A DNA stretch of 50,250 bases, from assembly GCA_014239775.1 (NCBI GenBank), contig JAAZYG010000050.1:1-50250 (forward strand). The letters are read 5' to 3'. Shown here piece by piece: positions 47,731 to 50,250 of this stretch. The position numbers were made by a program, and so were the translations under genes. The stretch comes from Candidatus Uhrbacteria bacterium (GTDB lineage Bacteria; Patescibacteriota; Patescibacteriia; UBA9934; GWF2-40-263). How positions within the stretch are numbered: position 1 is the stretch's first letter; each line of letters starts with the position of its first letter. The notes beneath the pieces are model-generated. The model did not search any database. It worked only from the letters and a program-made list of their open reading frames with translations, and had not been told where the DNA came from.

Positions 47731-49788
47731 TTATTCAAATTTAATAGATTGACCTTCTTTTATTGTACCTCTCTTGGTTTTGCTGTTCGACTTAATATTA
47801 TTATTACCTTGAGAATGATTGGTGTGTTTGTTCTGATTTTGTTTATTATTTTGTACCCTTATTTTTTCTTCTATTTTTTTATCTTTATTTTCTCTGACTT
47901 GTTTGTTTTGATTACGACTCACATTATTTTTCTCCTTATCTACATCTTTTGATCTATTGCGTTCTTTTTTACCAGTGTTTGATTTTGACTGCTTGTTGTT
48001 ATTATTATCACCTTCTCTGGTCTGATGTTTATTGTCTGACTTTGTTTTATTCTGCTTGTCTTTATTTTCTGTATTTTCTGTATTTTCACTGTGTTTATTT
48101 TTCTTATCTTGTGTATTTACTTTAGTCGTCTCTGTTTTACTCTCATTTATTTCTCTGGGTTTTTTTAATGAATCTAATGATATTGGTTTTTCATTTGAAA
48201 CCTTTTTCACATCTTCACCAGATGAAGGTTTTTTAGAATTTTTACTTTGTGAGTTTTGATTCTTATTTTGTTGCTTATAATTACTGTTTTTGTTTTTTAC
48301 TTTACCTTTTTTACGTTCTTCCTTAACAATCTCAATACATGTCTCACAATAAATTGGACGTGACCTATCCAGCTCAACAGGTAGTACCATGTCTTTGTTA
48401 CATTTTGTACAATTATATTCATGTCTTGGTTTACGGGATTCCTTCATTGATTTCTTTTTAGCCTTTGCTTCATCAAGAAGTGTATCTATATCCTTACCCT
48501 CCATGCCACTCCACTCTAAAATCTTTTTCTCTATATGCTCTCTTGGTAAAGCATATTTTTCTCTAGATATATTTATAATCTTTTCAGATGAATGTGTAAT
48601 ATTGGCAATTGGAGGTAGTGTTATAGCAGAAAATGGTTGACTAGATACTCCATCAATTAATAATTTTAGATATATATTAAACTTAGGTAGATTTATTATA
48701 TCTTCAGGTGTAAATCTTGGAGTAAACTCTTTTTCCATATATAAAGCATCTGGAGAACCAACTCTAAATGTAATAATAGTACCCACATTACCAAACACAG
48801 CCTCACGCACCTCGTCTGTAAGTTGTGCGATATACTGATGGGCCATTGTTAAACATAATCTATATTTTCGTGCCTCTGATAAAATTCCAGCAAATGATTC
48901 AACAGCAAAATTCTGAAATTCATCCACATATAAATAAAAGTCTTCTCGCTCAGACTCTGGCATGTCTACACGTTCCATTGCAGATAATTGTAATTTTGTA
49001 ATCAACAACCCACCGAGTAGCTTTGAATTATCTTCACCCACTCTTCCCTTTGAAAGATTAATTATGAATATCTTTTGTGAATCCATTATCTCCCTAATGT
49101 TGATCGTTGATTTTATTTGAGAAACAATATTCCTAATAACTGACGCAGATAAAAATTGTCCGATTTTATTCTGAATTGGTGCGACTGCCTCCTGTGCATA
49201 TTTTTCATTGTAAGAAGCAAATTCTTTTAACCAGAACTGTCTAACAACTGGATCTGTTACATTGCTAACAATTTCTTTTCTAAAATCTGCGTCTGATAAC
49301 ATTCTATTTATACCCAGCAGGGTCTGACCCGGATTGGCTAATAGTGCCAATATTGTATTATTTAAAATATACTCCATTCTTGAAGACCACATATTCTCCC
49401 AAATCTTTTTAAACACACCCATCATTCCACTTGCAACCAGATGCTTATGTCTCTCACTAACTGCTTCTAGAATGTTAAATCCTACAGGAAAATCTACATC
49501 TGCTGGGTTAAAATAAACAACATCATCCATCCTCCAGCTGGGTATATAATCAATTAATTTTTCAGCTGTATCTCCATGAGGATCAATATAACAACAACCA
49601 TGACCTGCATAAATATCAGATAATATATAATTTTCAAGCAAGGTTGTCTTTCCCATTCCTGTTTTTCCAATAACATAAACATGACGCCGTCTGTCGTCTG
49701 TTTTTATACCAAATTTAGTCATTTGATTTCTAAAATTTGTTTTGGCAAAATATGTTACCTCCTCTTCATGGTCATGATTATAAGTCAT
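47731..49788 (-). CDS. VirD4/TraD-like (type IV coupling-protein-like) P-loop ATPase fused to a 4-Cys zinc ribbon and a long N/K/Q-rich tail
   Basis: 685 aa. Walker A GKTGMGKT, Walker B FYLYVDEF, MAHQ. No N-terminal TM helix. CTKC-x17-CETC at residues 460-484. Residues ~492-685 are low-complexity K/N/Q/S. Confidence 0.8.
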   Translation of the reverse strand: MTYNHDHEEEVTYFAKTNFRNQMTKFGIKTDDRRRHVYVIGKTGMGKTTLLENYILSDIYAGHGCCYIDPHGDTAEKLIDYIPSWRMDDVVYFNPADVDFPVGFNILEAVSERHKHLVASGMMGVFKKIWENMWSSRMEYILNNTILALLANPGQTLLGINRMLSDADFRKEIVSNVTDPVVRQFWLKEFASYNEKYAQEAVAPIQNKIGQFLSASVIRNIVSQIKSTINIREIMDSQKIFIINLSKGRVGEDNSKLLGGLLITKLQLSAMERVDMPESEREDFYLYVDEFQNFAVESFAGILSEARKYRLCLTMAHQYIAQLTDEVREAVFGNVGTIITFRVGSPDALYMEKEFTPRFTPEDIINLPKFNIYLKLLIDGVSSQPFSAITLPPIANITHSSEKIINISREKYALPREHIEKKILEWSGMEGKDIDTLLDEAKAKKKSMKESRKPRHEYNCTKCNKDMVLPVELDRSRPIYCETCIEIVKEERKKGKVKNKNSNYKQQNKNQNSQSKNSKKPSSGEDVKKVSNEKPISLDSLKKPREINESKTETTKVNTQDKKNKHSENTENTENKDKQNKTKSDNKHQTREGDNNNNKQSKSNTGKKERNRSKDVDKEKNNVSRNQNKQVRENKDKKIEEKIRVQNNKQNQNKHTNHSQGNNNIKSNSKTKRGTIKEGQSIKFE

Positions 49789-49791
49789 AGT

Positions 49792-50250
49792 TTATGTAGG
49801 TAGATTTATTGGTACATCTTCAGACTCCTCTTCGTCATTGTTTATGCTCTTTGTTGGTGCGCTTATGTTGGGTAAAAATTCTTCTGGCGGCATTAAGTCA
49901 CCTTCTATAACAGGTAGCGTCATTTCATCAGATGAGTCAATCAGTTCCTCACCGATTACATCAACTGGCATTTCTGGAACATTCTCCATAACACCAAGCA
50001 AAGTATCCTCATCCATTGTAATTGGTAATCCCACAGGTGGCTCTGCACGTTTAGACTCACTCTTTTTAACAAGTGGTGCTTTTATTGTAATTGTAGGGAA
50101 ATGCCACAACGACGCAAGTTCTTCTGCATTTAGAAACATTGGATCAGCTCCTATACCCCAACTTCTACCTTTATAACCAGCCATTAGGTTTCTTTGTCGT
50201 TTAGTATAAGACCATCTCATCCAAAAATAATCATCTTTTGGAACTTGAGG
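49792..50250 (-). CDS. Hypothetical protein, 5'-truncated by the window edge; translationally coupled partner of the ATPase
   Basis: The frame stays open to the window end (..PQVPKDDYFWMRWSYTKRQ..). Acidic C-terminus. The stop lies 3 nt before the ATPase ATG. Confidence 0.7.
   Translation of the reverse strand, partial: PQVPKDDYFWMRWSYTKRQRNLMAGYKGRSWGIGADPMFLNAEELASLWHFPTITIKAPLVKKSESKRAEPPVGLPITMDEDTLLGVMENVPEMPVDVIGEELIDSSDEMTLPVIEGDLMPPEEFLPNISAPTKSINNDEEESEDVPINLPT

Noticed and set aside
48061-48090. Short tandem repeats considered as a CRISPR-like or satellite array.
   Set aside because: There are only two to three 9-nt units, and they lie inside a continuous ORF encoding a low-complexity tail. 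There is no repeat-spacer organisation anywhere in the window.

Overview
AT-rich, very gene-dense bacterial chromosome segment of about 80 features, mostly on the minus strand. It uses the standard code: TGA acts as a stop (for example at 7347 and 21629) and ORFs are otherwise intact. Many housekeeping proteins are shortened (ATP synthase delta, L13, AlaRS, RpoA, TrmH), which by inference suggests a reduced-genome lineage such as Patescibacteria/CPR. Recognisable content:
- A complete F1Fo ATP synthase operon, atpI/Z-B-E-F-H-A-G-D-C (924-7649).
- A long minus-strand housekeeping run: tatD, cvpA, metG, rsmI, SPFH, DUF3179.
- An oxidative-stress cluster: Fe/Mn SOD, 2-Cys peroxiredoxin, glutaredoxin-like protein, 2Fe-2S ferredoxin-like protein.
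- pepA.
- A Wzx/Wzy-type surface-glycan cluster (21813-27416).
- The infA-rpmJ-rpsM-rpsK-rpsD-rpoA-rplQ-rplM-rpsI block.
- alaS, murJ, a CARDB/TSP3/PKD surface protein, pduL, corA, RNA methyltransferases, era, mnmA, an HD-domain dNTPase-like protein and uppP.
- A VirD4/TraD-like ATPase with an upstream partner gene at the right edge.

I saw no rRNA, tRNA, CRISPR array, integrase or transposase.

Most noteworthy observations:
1. A self-contained, divergently transcribed pair of orphan genes (7753-10833). One encodes a 526-aa protein with a lysine-rich H1-like tail, the other a strongly acidic protein. Each has a consensus promoter and the pair is bracketed by terminators.
2. A single in-frame TAA inside the otherwise full-length atpB gene.
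3. An RpoA that ends after the N-terminal domain, with no alpha-CTD.
4. An ATP-cone/PD-(D/E)xK nuclease fusion, followed by an untracked 41-codon very basic ORF that has its own promoter and terminator.
5. A stand-alone pseudo-receiver protein.
6. A coupling-protein-like ATPase fused to a zinc ribbon and a roughly 190-aa N/K/Q-rich tail.

All functional calls come from reading motifs in the supplied translations. No database search was possible.
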